A DNA stretch of 64,000 bases from Candidatus Curtissbacteria bacterium. Its GTDB lineage: Bacteria > Patescibacteriota > Microgenomatia > Curtissbacterales > GWA2-41-24. The translations under genes and the position numbers were made by a program. This document shows, one piece after another, positions 35,993 to 43,915 of the stretch. The DNA is taken from NCBI GenBank assembly GCA_016183325.1, contig JACPEV010000006.1, positions 5,883-69,882 of the forward strand, in the 5' to 3' direction. Every line of letters begins with the position of its first letter. Positions within the stretch are counted from its first letter, which is position 1. The notes under the pieces were generated by a model. It made no database searches. It had not been told where the DNA came from and saw only the letters and a list, made by a program, of their open reading frames with translations.

Positions 35993-36250
35993 CTAGTAAG
36001 TTGTTGAAGTTCTTCTAATAATTGACGTAATTACAACTATTTTTTGATCCAAATAATAAAAAATTCGATAGTTGCCAACCCTTAGTCTATAACCGTCTGT
36101 CAATTTTTTGATGTGTTTGCCATCAGCCAGATATGGAGAAGCAACCAGGCGTGCCGAGATTGAGTTAAGAATGTTTGTCTGGGTGGATTGAGGAAATGAT
36201 TTTAGCTGTTTGACTGCGGATTTTTTGAATTCAACCTTAAACTTTGCCAC
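35993..36250 (-). CDS. RelE/ParE-family type II toxin.
   Basis: C-terminal YRLRVGNYRIFYYLDQKIVVITSIIRR, typical RelE/ParE. 85 aa. 14-nt overlap with the upstream antitoxin gene. Confidence 0.6.
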   Translation of the reverse strand: MAKFKVEFKKSAVKQLKSFPQSTQTNILNSISARLVASPYLADGKHIKKLTDGYRLRVGNYRIFYYLDQKIVVITSIIRRTSTTY

Positions 36251-36500
36251 TGGTGATATCTTCCAATGAGTAAGTTTTTTCAGCTTTAGTGGCTTTTTTG
36301 GAACGAGTCATCTCGAGTTCTTCCCATAAAGTTTCATTTTCGTCAATAATTGACTGGAAATATTTTGGCGAAACAATAACCGAAAGCTGATCGTTATTTT
36401 TAGTAACAACTACCACTTCGTCTTTTTTTTGGACGGCCTCAAAAAGCTGCTTAGCATTTTTTCTGACATCTGAAACGCTTTTAATTGTTGGTAATTGCAT
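36237..36500 (-). CDS. Phd/YefM-family antitoxin.
   Basis: 87 aa with Phd/YefM-like N-terminus (VRKNAKQLFEAVQKKDEVVVVTKNNDQ) and acidic C-terminus. Operonic with the RelE-like toxin. Confidence 0.6.
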   Translation of the reverse strand: MQLPTIKSVSDVRKNAKQLFEAVQKKDEVVVVTKNNDQLSVIVSPKYFQSIIDENETLWEELEMTRSKKATKAEKTYSLEDITSGKV

Positions 36501-36639
36501 AACAAATTTAGTATATAATTTATCTACAAATTTGTCAACATTTGGAATTGCCGTAAGAAAACTTTAGTTTGCTGAAAACCCTCGAATCTCGCGACTACGA
36601 GAAAAGGCTGCTAGGATAAACCATCAGTTTGTCATTCTG

Positions 36640-36735
36640 GCAGTTCGATATAACTCACTGCCCTTCAACTGCCCTGAGCGTAGTCGAAGGGCTTGTCCAG
36701 AATCCTTACTGAAAACAGATTCTGGAGTCGCTTCG
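36640..36735. repeat. Nested MITE: GTCATTCTGGC ... CTTGTCCAGAATC shell containing a GCCCTTCAACTGCCCTGAGCGTAGTCGAAGGGC core.
   Basis: Shell termini also at 15672-15697, 35155-35208 and (inverted) 40131-40203. Core motif CTGAGCGTAGTCGAAGGG is shared with 45326-45345 and others. Confidence 0.7.
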
Positions 36736-36976
36736 CTCCCCAGAGTGACAGTTCAATATAGGTTTTCACCAAGCTCAAAACTCGTCATCGACCCCAAAAT
36801 CCAGAAATGATATAAGGAATTTAAAAAAGAAGTTAAATCAGGCTAACCTTTTCATCCAGTACAAATTCGCAACCTCTTGTATTCCGATTTTTGCCAAGCT
36901 TTACGATTTTTACAAAAATCTAAGTCAGGAAATCACGACATTTCCGAAAACCAAGCGTTATACCTTAGGCCAAAGG

Positions 36977-37303
36977 TTGGATAGCCTAACTTTGGATATT
37001 TTTGAACTTTTATTTTCCGTGCCAAACTCTAAGAACAAATTAGAAGTTCTTTTACAAATTAGTATTAAGTTGGATCTCATAAAAATACTTTTAAGACTTA
37101 GCAAAGACACGCAAGCAATAAAGAACAACAAATATTTAGAACTGCAAGCAGTGCTTCAAGAAATAGGCAAGATGCTTGGCGGTTGGATTCGCTCCACCAA
37201 GCAAAGCTTCCCGATTAGAATCATCTTTCTAGAAACTACCGCGGGGAAGGCCCAAATGTGCGGATTGCCATCGTCACGGTTCCAGTCATTGACGTTCAGT
37301 TGA
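36977..37303 (+). CDS. Four-helix-bundle protein (23S rRNA IVS-protein family). Homology extends upstream to about 36820 without a canonical start, so it may be a pseudogene.
   Basis: The in-frame upstream translation NQANLFIQYKFATSCIPIFAKLYDFYKNLSQEITTFPKTKRYTLGQRL matches the N-terminal half of the family (FPKxxKY, LxxQLxR). An AAGGAA SD lies at 36813-36818, but the codon 8 nt downstream is AAG, not ATG. Confidence 0.4.
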   Translation: MDSLTLDIFELLFSVPNSKNKLEVLLQISIKLDLIKILLRLSKDTQAIKNNKYLELQAVLQEIGKMLGGWIRSTKQSFPIRIIFLETTAGKAQMCGLPSSRFQSLTFS

Positions 37304-37657
37304 TTGTCGGGGTGATTACGCCCAACGTTGGCAACGCTCGGGTCAACCTTATGAATGCTTTTCCGTCAACCAGTCTCACTGTGGCTTGACTGCTCTTACC
37401 ACTGTATTTTATTTTCTGAGTGTAACGAAGAAAACGAGATTGCGAAGCAATCTCCTTCGCCTCAGTATAAGAAATGCACTCGTAGTGTCTAGTAATTTTC
37501 TCTTTAGCGCACCCACGTACCGTATGGTACATGGCTCTGGCTGTAGAAGATTCTAGAGGTAGGCGCCACGTTTATGTAAATTAAGCGTGATCACTGCCTA
37601 ACATTTTTAACTTAACAAAAAATTTAGGGAGAACCAAGATACAAAAATTCAAATAAA

Positions 37658-38083
37658 TCATGCTTTTCTCTTTTTAAAATATTCCGGTAAAGTCCAAGCA
37701 AGAGTTTTGGAATGCACAATTCCTATTCCCCGAAACTTTTTAAGCTTAATTAAATCCTGATCAAGAGTAACTATTAAATCTGCCTCTCCAGAGACAGCAC
37801 ATTCCAAGATTTTGTTATCTTCAGGATCTCGCAAGATCACTGACACTTTTTCCTTGATTTCTACAACTTCTGCGATCTTTCTCACACTGGCGACGAAATA
37901 ATCAATATTTTCTTCTCTCCAGTGAAATTTATCTTTAAGTTTTTGGGTTAGTTCTGTGAGGATTTCTTCCGATGTGATAGCTGTTAAATCATTACTTCTG
38001 GTTACAAGCTCTATAATTTCTGCCGAAAAACTGTTCTTAAGCGCTGCGGCAATGTAGATATTGGTGTCAAGAACCACTCTCAT
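37658..38083 (-). CDS. PIN-domain toxin (TIGR00305-type VapC-like).
   Basis: N-terminal VVLDTNIYIAA acidic motif and C-terminal LECAVSGEADLIVTLDQDL. 4-nt overlap with the upstream antitoxin gene. Confidence 0.65.
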   Translation of the reverse strand: MRVVLDTNIYIAAALKNSFSAEIIELVTRSNDLTAITSEEILTELTQKLKDKFHWREENIDYFVASVRKIAEVVEIKEKVSVILRDPEDNKILECAVSGEADLIVTLDQDLIKLKKFRGIGIVHSKTLAWTLPEYFKKRKA

Positions 38084-38307
38084 CCGGCAATTCGCTCGAC
38101 ATCATCTTCTGTCTCTATCCTCATCCGACGGGCAGTCTCTCTTCCCCAAGCCCAGATTCTTGCCCATTCCTTATCGGATTTATAAGACCTAAATGCCTCA
38201 CGCATCAGCTCACTCTTTGTCTTATTCTCCTTCTTCGCCATGGCCTCAATCTGTTTTGCGATAGCGCGAGGAACGGAAATATTCATAATTACACGTTGAG
38301 TGCTCAT
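38080..38307 (-). CDS. Ribbon-helix-helix antitoxin partner of the PIN toxin.
   Basis: 75 aa. N-terminal beta-strand region VIMNISVPRAIAKQIEAMAKK is RHH-like. Operonic overlap with the PIN gene. Confidence 0.55.
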   Translation of the reverse strand: MSTQRVIMNISVPRAIAKQIEAMAKKENKTKSELMREAFRSYKSDKEWARIWAWGRETARRMRIETEDDVERIAG

Positions 38308-38374
38308 TTGTAATAAATTGTATTACAATATAACATATTGGTCAACCAGGAAAGATCGTCATCGACCCCAAAAT

Positions 38375-38812
38375 TCAAGAAAATTCTTCCGGTGTAGCGA
38401 AGGCAACGGTTTTGATTTTGGAAAAATCGACATCATAGGTTATTATTTTTGAGTTTTTTGGAACTTGCGTGGCAATGAGGCAGTCGGCGTATTTTATATT
38501 TAATCTCCGGAAAGTTTTCATCGCCGCCCTGGTATTCGTCTTTTCTATCAAAGTAAGGTTCCTAAGACCAAGAATTTTAAAAATAGCCTCAAGAACTTCC
38601 TTTTTAGAAAATTCATAAACTCTTGTAAGAACAAATAGGATTTCAAGCAAAACTATATTCGAAGTATAAGGGCGAATTTTAGCGCCCTTTTCAATTAGTT
38701 CCAAAAGATGGACGCAGTCGCCAAGCTTCTTTTTATCATCAGCCGTAAAGTATCTTATAAAAATGCTTGTTTCGAGGAAGACCTTATCCACCTTACTTAC
38801 CATTTTCCCCAA
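38375..38812 (-). CDS. PIN-domain toxin (VapC-like).
   Basis: VFLETSIFIRY N-terminal Asp region and a PIN-type C-terminal acidic residue set. 16-nt overlap with the upstream AbrB-type antitoxin gene. Confidence 0.6.
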   Translation of the reverse strand: MGKMVSKVDKVFLETSIFIRYFTADDKKKLGDCVHLLELIEKGAKIRPYTSNIVLLEILFVLTRVYEFSKKEVLEAIFKILGLRNLTLIEKTNTRAAMKTFRRLNIKYADCLIATQVPKNSKIITYDVDFSKIKTVAFATPEEFS

Positions 38813-39039
38813 GAGTAATCTATATGATCTCTGATTTTTTCAGCCGGTATTGGCTTTTTTACTTTAAACTTCCCGGCCAGAGATAAAATGCCCTTCTTCT
38901 CATCAATTGGCTCTATGATTATTTTTCTCTTTTCTGACCTAATAATAGCCTTGCCGTGTTTAAGGCCAATTTTTTTTCTGATAGAAACCGGAATATGAAC
39001 CTGGAATTTAGGAGTAATAGTAGTATAATCACTCATCAA
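38797..39039 (-). CDS. AbrB/MazE/SpoVT-family antitoxin (VapB-like).
   Basis: Swapped-hairpin motif KFQVHIPVSIRKKIGLKHGKAIII. Confidence 0.6.
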   Translation of the reverse strand: MMSDYTTITPKFQVHIPVSIRKKIGLKHGKAIIRSEKRKIIIEPIDEKKGILSLAGKFKVKKPIPAEKIRDHIDYSWGKW

Positions 39040-39192
39040 TACATATTGTAAGCTATTGATTATATTTTGTCAATAATAACTATCTTACATCGCCATCGAC
39101 CCCAAAATCAAAAACTTAACAACTTAACTAATCTTCAATGCTGATACAATGGATATGAATAATGATACAATCAAAACAAAGGGGGTGAAAAA

Positions 39193-39765
39193 ATGTTAAG
39201 TACTCTTGCAGAAAAAATCAAAGATACTTTAATTACTATCATTGAAGCATCTGGCGATGTCGTCGCAACTGCCAGGGACACAGTTAAAAAGACAATTGTA
39301 GATACAGTTAGAGGTGCCGGTGAAGTCACGTCTGGCGCCATGGGAACTGTTTCCGACGTTGTCACAGGTGGAGCTGCTGCCGCTTCCAAATCCGCTGTGT
39401 CAACTATTGATGGAGTTGCCGGTGTTGTCGAAGGAGCTATCGAAGCAGCGCAAGAAGTTGGAGCAGACATTGCCAGTGCCATTGTCGAGTCTTCAGAAGG
39501 CGCTATCAAGGGAGTTTCTGATGTCGGTGGGGATCTCGGCGATGCTGCCGTCGGTGCGCTCAGAGGCACGATTCAAGCCGCCTCAGTTGTTGGCACAGAT
39601 ATCACAGATGCGACAACTAAAGCTGTAGTCGGAGTTCTAAAAGCAGCCGACGAGATCGGTTCAGAAGCTGGTGGCACAGTCAGAAAAGCTCTTCTTTCGG
39701 CAGCCGCCTTACCTAGAGAAATAATCGAGGCAGCCATTGGAAAAGCTGACGGCGGCAAAAAGTAA
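39193..39765 (+). CDS. Ala/Gly/Val-rich protein built of ~11-residue amphipathic repeats (apolipoprotein/LEA/phasin-like).
   Basis: Periodic 11-mers (VGADIASAIVE, SEGAIKGVSDV, GGDLGDAAVGA, LRGTIQAASVV ...). Local GC content is clearly above the window average. The antisense ORFs here are spurious. Confidence 0.45.
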   Translation: MLSTLAEKIKDTLITIIEASGDVVATARDTVKKTIVDTVRGAGEVTSGAMGTVSDVVTGGAAAASKSAVSTIDGVAGVVEGAIEAAQEVGADIASAIVESSEGAIKGVSDVGGDLGDAAVGALRGTIQAASVVGTDITDATTKAVVGVLKAADEIGSEAGGTVRKALLSAAALPREIIEAAIGKADGGKK

Positions 39766-39773
39766 TTTAGGCA

Positions 39774-40625
39774 TTATTTTCCTAGATAAAACTTCTTTTT
39801 TCCGGCTTCAAATCTCTCAATTGCATAGCGAAGCATCGTTCGTGGCATTTGTTTGTAGTGTTTTCTCAAAAACTCTTCCTCAACCTGCTGATCTCTCTTG
39901 CCCACTTCCCTGAGCATCCACCCTACCGCCTTATGTATCAAATCATGCTTATCAGAAAGCAACATTTCGCCAATTTTCAGAGTCCACGTAAAATCTTTCT
40001 TTTCTTTAATGAATTGAAATGTAGCAATAATGGCAATCCTTCGCTCCCATAGATTATTTGATCTTGCCAGTTTTTCTAAAATGTCATTCTGGGGATCCGG
40101 CGAAGCCGGAGACTCCAGTTTTCTAGCTTTGATTCTGGACAAGCTCGCCTCACTCCGCGCCTGCGTCGACGATAGTCGCGGGCGGAGCGGGCCAGAATGA
40201 CGAGAATTTATCAAATACCCGCCCACAATTTTATCGGCCGATAAATCAACTAAGTCCCAATTATTAATGTACTTTGTATTCTTAAGATAAAAATCGAAAA
40301 TTAATCTCTTCACCTCCGAGGAGCCCCCTTCGACTTCGCTCAGGGCAAGCGAGCTCACCTCGGAGGTGTTTTGGATCCGTTCTACCAAAATTAAAAGTGC
40401 GATTAACCTTTCTTCGTGAATCTTCGATCTCAAAAGTTTCTCAATCTCGCCAAATGAAAGGTCTTTAAATTTTTGGGCAATCTTCCTAGACTGTGGCACC
40501 GTAATTCCCAAAAACACATCCCCTTCCCCATATTGCCCTTTCCCCGTTTTAAAAAATCTTGCCAAAATCTTAGCTTTCTTCTTATTTTTCAGTTTTTTTA
40601 AATCCCTCCTCAACTCGAAAATCAT
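39774..40625 (-). CDS. DNA alkylation repair enzyme (AlkD/AlkC HEAT-repeat family) with two in-frame MITE insertions.
   Basis: N-terminal LKKLKNKKKAKILARFFKTGKGQYGEGDVFLGITVPQSRKIAQKF and C-terminal WERRIAIIATFQFIKEK...HKAVGWMLREVGKRD match PF08713. The extra segments SEVEGG... and SGPLRPRLSSTQARSEASLSRIKARKLESPASP are encoded by 40083-40203 and 40309-40370. Confidence 0.6.
   Translation of the reverse strand: MIFELRRDLKKLKNKKKAKILARFFKTGKGQYGEGDVFLGITVPQSRKIAQKFKDLSFGEIEKLLRSKIHEERLIALLILVERIQNTSEVSSLALSEVEGGSSEVKRLIFDFYLKNTKYINNWDLVDLSADKIVGGYLINSRHSGPLRPRLSSTQARSEASLSRIKARKLESPASPDPQNDILEKLARSNNLWERRIAIIATFQFIKEKKDFTWTLKIGEMLLSDKHDLIHKAVGWMLREVGKRDQQVEEEFLRKHYKQMPRTMLRYAIERFEAGKKKFYLGK
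40083..40203. repeat. Nested MITE inside the alkD-like gene: a GTCATTCTGG/CCAGAATGAC shell (inverted orientation) enclosing the P4 core CGCCTGCGTCGACGATAGTCGCGGGCG.
   Basis: GATTCTGGACAAGC ... GCCAGAATGAC termini at 40131-40203. The P4 core is the reverse complement of 22634-22660. A further GTCATTCTGGGG unit lies at 40084. Confidence 0.7.
40309..40370. repeat. P1 palindromic element (CACCTCCGAGGA ... CACCTCGGAGGTG) with a CTTCGACTTCGCTCAGGGC core, in frame inside the alkD-like gene.
   Basis: Termini at 40311-40322 and 40356-40368. The core is the reverse complement of the CTGAGCGAAGTCGAAGGG motif. Confidence 0.7.
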
Positions 40626-40738
40626 AATTAAATCTTATACGAAAATCCCCCAATCGCTAAAGATGCAAGTATCCTTCCGCTTTCACAAACACCCACATAC
40701 AAAAAGTTTAGCGAAACGATTTTCGGACTTCCTGCTTT

Positions 40739-41779
40739 CTACTTCAAATTTTTTTCAAAAAACGCCAACGTTCGATTCAAAAAAAGACTGCGGAATTCGC
40801 CCGACAAATTATGATCTGCGCCCTCGTAAACAAAATATTCCACTTCTTTGCCGGCATCAATAAGAGCTTGATTAAGACTATCCGAAAATTCTTTTGGTAC
40901 TGACTGGTCATCGGTTCCATGATGAATCTGCACTGGTCCTTCAATGTCGAAAACATAACTAATTGCCGAAATCTTGCTCCAAAAATCCGAATTGTCCTTT
41001 GGCTCGCCGTAAACTTGCACCAGCTTTGCCCGAGCCGAGGCCGTCGCCCACCATGGCGGCGGCACAAAACCGGCCCTTCTTCGCCAGCGATAAAATAAAT
41101 CCTGGGCCGAACCTACTACTCCCGCTGCAATCACCGAAGCCTTAATATCATCCAAAACCACTACCGCTCTCAAAGTCACGTTCCCTCCCATCGAGTGACC
41201 CCACATGCCAATTGCTTCGGAATTAACCTCAGGCATTCGTTTAACAGACGCCACTAGATTTAAAACGTCATAAGTATAAGCCGGTGACCAATGGCCGCCT
41301 TCCGCTTCTCCTTGCGAATCACCGTGCCCTCGATAATCAGATTTGACCACTAAAAATCCACCCCTGGCAAAATAATCTGAAAATGCCCTGTAGGAATCAA
41401 TCGTGCTGTAAACTGAGGGAGCAATGTATCCGTGATTTAAAATAATTACCGGCCACCCGTTCGCCGGTTTCTGCCCTGTCGGCACGTTCATCAGGGCCAA
41501 TAGCTTTAAGCCATCAGATGGGTAGGAAATAATATAGCTTTTGAATCCTCCCTGATCACCCAAATCCTTCTCGATTTTGATCTCTCCACCTAAATATTCC
41601 CTCTGCCTCATTGCCAAAATCATCAGAGGGTAGAGCTGTTCCCCGCCACCTTCTTCTAAAATCTCCGGTTTAAGGATCTTATTATCTTTTGGAAACGTTA
41701 ACCAACCGGCAATTAAAATCAAAATCCCAACCAGTCCGAAAGTCAAAAACCTATTTCGTCGAAGGACTTCTCGCATCAA
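40739..41779 (-). CDS. Alpha/beta hydrolase of the prolyl-oligopeptidase / S9 / dienelactone-hydrolase type.
   Basis: N-terminal TM anchor, GHSMGGN nucleophile elbow, HGTDD C-terminal His region. Confidence 0.6.
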   Translation of the reverse strand: MMREVLRRNRFLTFGLVGILILIAGWLTFPKDNKILKPEILEEGGGEQLYPLMILAMRQREYLGGEIKIEKDLGDQGGFKSYIISYPSDGLKLLALMNVPTGQKPANGWPVIILNHGYIAPSVYSTIDSYRAFSDYFARGGFLVVKSDYRGHGDSQGEAEGGHWSPAYTYDVLNLVASVKRMPEVNSEAIGMWGHSMGGNVTLRAVVVLDDIKASVIAAGVVGSAQDLFYRWRRRAGFVPPPWWATASARAKLVQVYGEPKDNSDFWSKISAISYVFDIEGPVQIHHGTDDQSVPKEFSDSLNQALIDAGKEVEYFVYEGADHNLSGEFRSLFLNRTLAFFEKNLK

Positions 41780-41852
41780 AGCAGTGTATAATAAATTTTA
41801 AACCGGTGCCCAAATCGTCGTCGATGGCGGGGTTTTGCTCTCCTAGTAGACT

Positions 41853-42098
41853 ATGACTAAAGTCTCAGCCAAAAAAGTCCTGGTCACTTCCTTTTTGGTC
41901 GATCTTTTAGACGTCGCCCTAAACACAGCAGTCGCTATTGTCACCGGCAGTATGGTGATACTTGCCGAAACTCTCCAAGGCGCCACTGATCTTGCCACCG
42001 ACCAAATCGAACTGCTCATCGACCAAATCAAGAAAAAAATTCAAGAAGCAATACCCAATATCACCCATATCCAAATTGAGTTGGAAACTCCCGACTAG
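41853..42098 (+). CDS. Small ORF resembling fused N- and C-terminal fragments of a cation-diffusion-facilitator transporter. Possible gene remnant.
   Basis: LVDLLDVALNTAVAIVTGSMVILAETLQGATDLATD resembles CDF TM1-TM2, and the C-terminal ITHIQIELE resembles the CDF C-terminal HVTIQxE. 81 aa is far too short for a transporter. Confidence 0.25.
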   Translation: MTKVSAKKVLVTSFLVDLLDVALNTAVAIVTGSMVILAETLQGATDLATDQIELLIDQIKKKIQEAIPNITHIQIELETPD

Positions 42099-43479
42099 AC
42101 TCGTACTTTGAAACTGTAAAGGCTAAAAGCAACAAAGCCGGATAGACCTGCAAAACTAACCTGTAAATTGAGGTGGCGATTTGTGAAGCCTGATCTTCAC
42201 CTGTGACATAATACACCCAGATGTAACCAACAAACTGAGCTGCAATCAAAATTAAACTCAAAGTTAACCACTTATTTCTCAAAATTCTCCTAAATCTCGT
42301 AATCAAAAAGAAGAAAATTACCCAAAAACCAATACCCCAGTGGAAAAGAAATCGGAATTGCTCCCGAAAAGACTGGATCGAATACCATGTGTACTCCAAA
42401 ATCGGCCTTTGTCTTAAAACTTGGCTCCAATCATTTTGCAAATATCGATTACCTAAACCAAAATAAAACTTCCATCCCAAGTTAAAAAGCAGGAGTCCTA
42501 TCGCCAAAATTAGTGCCACTTTGGGAAATTTTTCTTTTTTTTGCAAAGAAAATATCGGCAAAAGTAAACAAAAGCCAATTAAAGCTGGAAGCGCATCATT
42601 TTTGACTAGTGCCGAAAGTCCAAAGAAAATTGCCCCCCAGACCAATCGCCTGTTTACCAATGCACCCGTTGCCAAAAACAGATAAAAGCTGACTAAAAGA
42701 TCGGCATTGCCGGAATATGCCTTGGAGGATACTGTCTGCCATAAAAAGGGCGTGAACATTAAAAGCAAAACCCACGCCCAAATCAGTTGTTTAGAAACAG
42801 CAACGATTCGGAAAAATTCACCAACCAAAAGCACCAAAACGGTAAACGGAATGATCTGCACCCAAAAATCACTCGATTTACCTAAAAGATGGAAAATCCA
42901 GGCAGCATTTAAAGACCACAGATTCGGATTATCTGGTGGCGGGTAAATAAATAAATTCGCTCTTGTTATTCCCCCATCAATCCAAAATGCCCGAGCCTTC
43001 GCCAGCCAATGCTGAGTCGCATCATACCCCCAAACTGGATGGGAAAAAGTAATCATCCCAACAGTTACAAAAAAAATTAAAAGTGTTAAAATCCCGAGAA
43101 CGTGCTGGGGTTTAATTTTTTTAAGAGATTTTGCAGTTAAATCACCTAGTTGTTTTTTTAATCTTCGATCTACAAAAATAGGCACTAGTGTAATAATCGT
43201 CGCTAAAATTACCAAATACCTCGTGGTCGGAATTGCCAAAATCCCAAAAATCATTTGCAAAATGGCCACAAAACCCAGTCCCAAGCCGAAATAAACTGCC
43301 AAGTTAAAGCTTAAAAGACGTCTTGTTATTAAGTAATAGTCAATCAAAAGACCAATCTGTAAAAAGGATAAAATCACAAGAAGAGAAATCAAGAGATCTA
43401 AAGTCCACATTTTAGTCAATAACTTCGTAAAGATAATTACCCTGATAGCTGTCAGTAAGCCTGAGTCTTGGATCAACAA
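42061..43479 (-). CDS. Polytopic membrane protein, GT-C-fold glycosyltransferase-like.
   Basis: About 12 predicted TM helices, with no soluble domain beyond short loops. Confidence 0.4.
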   Translation of the reverse strand: MLIQDSGLLTAIRVIIFTKLLTKMWTLDLLISLLVILSFLQIGLLIDYYLITRRLLSFNLAVYFGLGLGFVAILQMIFGILAIPTTRYLVILATIITLVPIFVDRRLKKQLGDLTAKSLKKIKPQHVLGILTLLIFFVTVGMITFSHPVWGYDATQHWLAKARAFWIDGGITRANLFIYPPPDNPNLWSLNAAWIFHLLGKSSDFWVQIIPFTVLVLLVGEFFRIVAVSKQLIWAWVLLLMFTPFLWQTVSSKAYSGNADLLVSFYLFLATGALVNRRLVWGAIFFGLSALVKNDALPALIGFCLLLPIFSLQKKEKFPKVALILAIGLLLFNLGWKFYFGLGNRYLQNDWSQVLRQRPILEYTWYSIQSFREQFRFLFHWGIGFWVIFFFLITRFRRILRNKWLTLSLILIAAQFVGYIWVYYVTGEDQASQIATSIYRLVLQVYPALLLLAFTVSKYESSREFPTQFGYG

Positions 43480-43915
43480 GCCTATTAAACTGTGAAATTA
43501 CAAATCTGCAATCACTAAAAGTGGCTCTTTGGATAACTGCAAAAATATAGGGATAAAGTTCTTTTTGCAAATATAAAGTCGGCAGATCCCAAGACCAATA
43601 GATACAGCCGGTGGCATCTGCAGGCAAAATCTTCCTCAAATGAGTGGCAAAAGAGGCTTGTCCGGCAGTTGTCATTTCGATTTTTTCATCAATCGGCCTA
43701 AAAAAAGCCCGTATTTGTCCAGTATCTTTGGCTATCTCTTTATACGATAAATATAAGCTGACAATCGCGGCAAAGATTATTATTCCGCGACTTATATATG
43801 CTTTAATTTTTTTAGGAGAGATAAAAAATAAAATAATCGCGGCAGTCAAAGATAAATAAAACCATCCGCCAAGTATCCAGATCTTGTTAACAATCGCCAT
43901 GTTCATTCGACCCAA
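43412..43915 (-). CDS. Hypothetical membrane-anchored protein.
   Basis: 167-aa ORF, N-terminal TM helices, 68-nt out-of-frame overlap with 42061-43479. Confidence 0.3.
   Translation of the reverse strand: MGRMNMAIVNKIWILGGWFYLSLTAAIILFFISPKKIKAYISRGIIIFAAIVSLYLSYKEIAKDTGQIRAFFRPIDEKIEMTTAGQASFATHLRKILPADATGCIYWSWDLPTLYLQKELYPYIFAVIQRATFSDCRFVISQFNRLVDPRLRLTDSYQGNYLYEVID

Noticed and set aside
37296-37532. 78-aa minus-strand ORF between the four-helix-bundle gene and a PIN gene
   Set aside because: No motif and no RBS, and the region contains palindromes (ACCGTATGGTACATGG) and a possible structured RNA. Treated as a probable non-coding spacer. Unresolved rather than annotated.
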